64,000 nucleotides of DNA, taken from assembly GCA_040217195.1 (NCBI GenBank), contig JAVJNR010000008.1:448001-512000 (forward strand). Reading direction: 5' to 3'. Shown here piece by piece: positions 61,346 to 64,000 of this stretch. The stretch's first letter is position 1. Each line of letters opens with the position of its first letter. The position numbers and the translations under genes were made by a program. The stretch comes from Leptospiraceae bacterium (lineage in GTDB: Bacteria; Spirochaetota; Leptospiria; Leptospirales; Leptonemataceae). Under the pieces are notes generated by a model. That model was not told where the DNA came from. It worked only from the letters and a program-made list of their open reading frames with translations, and did no database searches.

Positions 61346-62064
61346 CCCTGGAGCTCCTGTTCATCGGTGGTCTTCAAATCCAGCGGTGTAATGGATACAT
61401 GGCCAGATTCAATAGCGGAAAAGTCGGTTAAATCCTCTTCCTTATGTCCCATTATCGTCTCTTTGAGCTTATACACAAAGCTTTTTCCAGCGTCTTCTTC
61501 CAGCAACTCATAGGCATCCCTGTAGATTCTCCTTCCATGCCTGGTGAATTGTACTTCTGGCTCGGAATGGGGAAACTCCGGGTAATTGATATTGTAGACG
61601 GTTCCAGGATTCAGACGCCTGAAGTTCTCCTGGATCCAGCCACCGAACCATTCGGCAACATGGCTGAAATCTGCACCTATGTCATAGATGCCACAGCTGA
61701 TAGCAACGGCCCGGTAGCCATGAATACATGCATGTCTGGCTGCACCCACGGTACCACTGTAATGCACATCGTCTCCCAGATTGTAGCCATGATTGATGCC
61801 GGAGACCACCAGATCGAACTCAGGAAACATCCCGCTATGCAATGCCAGGTTTACACAATCCACAGGAAATCCACTGACCTGAAAATGACCTGGCTCCACT
61901 TCCTGCATGCGAAGTGTTTCCCTCAGGGAGATTGCCTGCGAGGTACCGCTCCGTTGTCGATCCGGACAAACAGCCCAGACCTCATGATCCCTGGATAGAA
62001 CTTGCTCCAGGTTTCGCATACCGTTGGAATGTAAGCCATCGTCGTTACAGATCAAGATTCGCAT
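61321..62064 (-). CDS. surE: 5'/3'-nucleotidase SurE
   Basis: RILICNDDG, SGTS, GFPVDCV, SGINHGYNLG, YSGTVGAA, SITPL. Confidence 0.95.
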   Translation of the reverse strand: MRILICNDDGLHSNGMRNLEQVLSRDHEVWAVCPDRQRSGTSQAISLRETLRMQEVEPGHFQVSGFPVDCVNLALHSGMFPEFDLVVSGINHGYNLGDDVHYSGTVGAARHACIHGYRAVAISCGIYDIGADFSHVAEWFGGWIQENFRRLNPGTVYNINYPEFPHSEPEVQFTRHGRRIYRDAYELLEEDAGKSFVYKLKETIMGHKEEDLTDFSAIESGHVSITPLDLKTTDEQELQGWIENVRS

Positions 62065-62185
62065 TTTTTAGATTTTCCTTTGATCAGTTGGAGTTGCCAG
62101 TCTTCCAGGGTAAACCGGAGATTCGAAGAACGAGTCCGAGCTGTACCTGCAGGTAAAAAGCACCATAGTCGATGCGCTATTTAAC

Positions 62186-62818
62186 TTAAAACAATCCGCT
62201 TAGAACGATTACCGTAAAACCCAGGGCAGCCAGAGGAAAAATAACCAGCACCGCAGAAGATCTCAGCAAAGCCCTGGAAACGATTTTCCGGGGCAATTCA
62301 TACAGATAGATCAAGGACTGATGAAAGATTAGAAAGCACCATACAAAGATTAGAAGGCCCAGAGGGTAAAACAAATACACTCCAAAGTCAACCAGAGAAA
62401 GACTCTTGGCCACAGGATAAAGAAAGATGGCCGGAAGGTAGGACAGCAATAGAATGGATATTGCCTGGGCTTCTTCACGTGTAGAACCGGACTGAGCCTG
62501 CCTTGAATCCGCGGCCACTCTCTGAATGAAATAATCAACCAGAGATCCGCTGAGATAAGAAAGAGTGAGGAAAAAGACAAAGACCACAAGAACACTCAAA
62601 AACAGCGGAACAAAGTAAAATGGACGATAGTGCGGAGAGATTGTCCAGACTGCCAGAACAGCAGACAATGCGGCCACTGCCGGAAATACTAATAGGCCCC
62701 TCCGTCGATTTTCCAGGCTACGAATATAGACACTGATATCGGCCGGTGATGTTAGGCATACGGTGGCCAGCTCCAGCAAACCGGCCAGGGAAGCTTTAAA
62801 CTGATCCAGACGACTCAT
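62186..62818 (-). CDS. Multi-pass membrane protein (Yip1-like)
   Basis: About five hydrophobic helices; ATG at 62818 overlaps the sppA stop. Confidence 0.6.
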   Translation of the reverse strand: MSRLDQFKASLAGLLELATVCLTSPADISVYIRSLENRRRGLLVFPAVAALSAVLAVWTISPHYRPFYFVPLFLSVLVVFVFFLTLSYLSGSLVDYFIQRVAADSRQAQSGSTREEAQAISILLLSYLPAIFLYPVAKSLSLVDFGVYLFYPLGLLIFVWCFLIFHQSLIYLYELPRKIVSRALLRSSAVLVIFPLAALGFTVIVLSGLF

Positions 62819-63843
62819 TGCAGTGCCCGGCCTCCGGCCAGATCCATCCATCCTGGTATTTGCCCAAGGCCCATGGGAGCCATATACAGGACCCCGCTAA
62901 ATCGAAAAGGAGATCCCCTGTAAATACCGGAATGATTGGAATGCAAAGGACCTCCATTTACCTGGCGCAGACTCAGACCGGAACCGCCCATGTTTGCAAA
63001 GAATCGATCCATGAAGTCCGGCTCCACTCGATAAACGGGCAGATCTTCATCTGTTTTAAGAATGATTTTTAGCTTTTCTACCGCTTCCTTCTCGCCACCC
63101 AGGTCATCGATCATTTGAATTGCTTTTGCCTGGCGTCCGGAAAAGATCTTACCATCCGCCCACTCTCGAACATCCTTGATGCTCTTTTTTCTACCTTCAG
63201 CCACATCAGCCAGGAATTGCTGATAGGCATCGTCCAGGACCTGCTGGTACATTTGCCTTTCTTCTTCTGTCATGTTCCGAAATGGATAGGATGCATCTTT
63301 GTATCTTCCGGCGGTCAATGTCTGAATCTGCACCCCATGTTTGTCCAGAAAAGGACCAATGTTTGGATGAATTGCAATGGCGCCTATGGAACCGAGAATG
63401 GAAGACTCATAGGCAAAAATGGCATCCGATGCAGAAGCGATATAATATCCACCGCTGGCAGCTACATCGGTTACCACAGCCACAATGGGCTTTTTCGGAC
63501 GAACTTCCATTAAGGCATCATAGATTCTACGGGTAGCCCCCACCGTGCCTCCCGGACTGTTCACGTAGAGCAGAATCCCACGGATACCGGGATTTCTGGA
63601 TGCTTCATCGATCTGGTCCACAATATCCTGCGCACCGGTGGATCCTGGTGCAGAAAAACCGTCTTCGATGGGACCCACAATATCGATCCTGGCAATGCCG
63701 GCCTGCCCGGCTGTAAGAAAGTTGGAGGTCGGTGTTGAGAATTTGGATTCTCTGGATTGCACTCCAATCTGAATAATTCCAACCAATAAAGATAGCAAAG
63801 AGAAGGCCAGAGCCATGGCCACAAGCATACGGGAGCGATTCAT
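62815..63843 (-). CDS. sppA: Signal peptide peptidase SppA (S49, 36K type)
   Basis: N-terminal TM, VNSPGG, AASGGYYIA, GSIG, AGRYKD, DGKIFSGRQA. Confidence 0.93.
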   Translation of the reverse strand: MNRSRMLVAMALAFSLLSLLVGIIQIGVQSRESKFSTPTSNFLTAGQAGIARIDIVGPIEDGFSAPGSTGAQDIVDQIDEASRNPGIRGILLYVNSPGGTVGATRRIYDALMEVRPKKPIVAVVTDVAASGGYYIASASDAIFAYESSILGSIGAIAIHPNIGPFLDKHGVQIQTLTAGRYKDASYPFRNMTEEERQMYQQVLDDAYQQFLADVAEGRKKSIKDVREWADGKIFSGRQAKAIQMIDDLGGEKEAVEKLKIILKTDEDLPVYRVEPDFMDRFFANMGGSGLSLRQVNGGPLHSNHSGIYRGSPFRFSGVLYMAPMGLGQIPGWMDLAGGRALQ

Positions 63844-64000
63844 ACCGTTCAAGAATCGACCGGAACATGTCGGGAAAACAAAAAATTCCTTTTTTTCTTG
63901 AAAGTAGCTGTACTCCCGCCGATCTATAAAAAAGATAGATATAAAGTCATCCTTGGCACGCTGCCCGAGGTGACATAAAAACACGAACTGAGGCAATATT

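Noticed and set aside
1..64000. CRISPR arrays, prophage, IS elements, defence systems
   Set aside because: No regularly spaced repeats and no cas, integrase, transposase, phage structural or nuclease-like genes were recognised.

Overview
A 64 kb, roughly 50% GC bacterial chromosomal segment. It most likely comes from a Leptospiraceae-type spirochaete; this is inferred from the FlaA-like gene, short EF-Ts, DUF1574-like SGNH protein behind an MBOAT, and spirochaete-style lipoprotein signal peptides. Most of the window is housekeeping: purS-purQ-nadE, ilvD, ddl, proC, an LptF/G permease, the rpsB-tsf-pyrH-frr-uppS-cdsA-dxr-rseP-proS-trpB run, class II RNR nrdJ, lysS, carB and sppA-surE. I saw no tRNA, rRNA, CRISPR array, integrase or transposase. 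The best candidate for an undescribed system is a compact divergent cluster at 1350-7221 encoding an acyl-CoA ligase, two different KAS III enzymes, a crotonyl-CoA carboxylase/reductase and an SDR, with no ACP or PKS. It could build an alpha-branched lipid, beta-lactone or pyrone. Other leads are: a hairpin-dense leader of about 290 nt upstream of nrdJ; an orphan near-consensus sigma70 promoter with structured RNA between nrdJ and lysS; a pair of 10-Cys lipoprotein paralogs; a pore-less voltage-sensor-like membrane protein; uppS lacking a canonical start codon while in frame with frr; and recurrent charged low-complexity extensions on core enzymes. All functional calls come from motif recognition by eye; no database searches were run.
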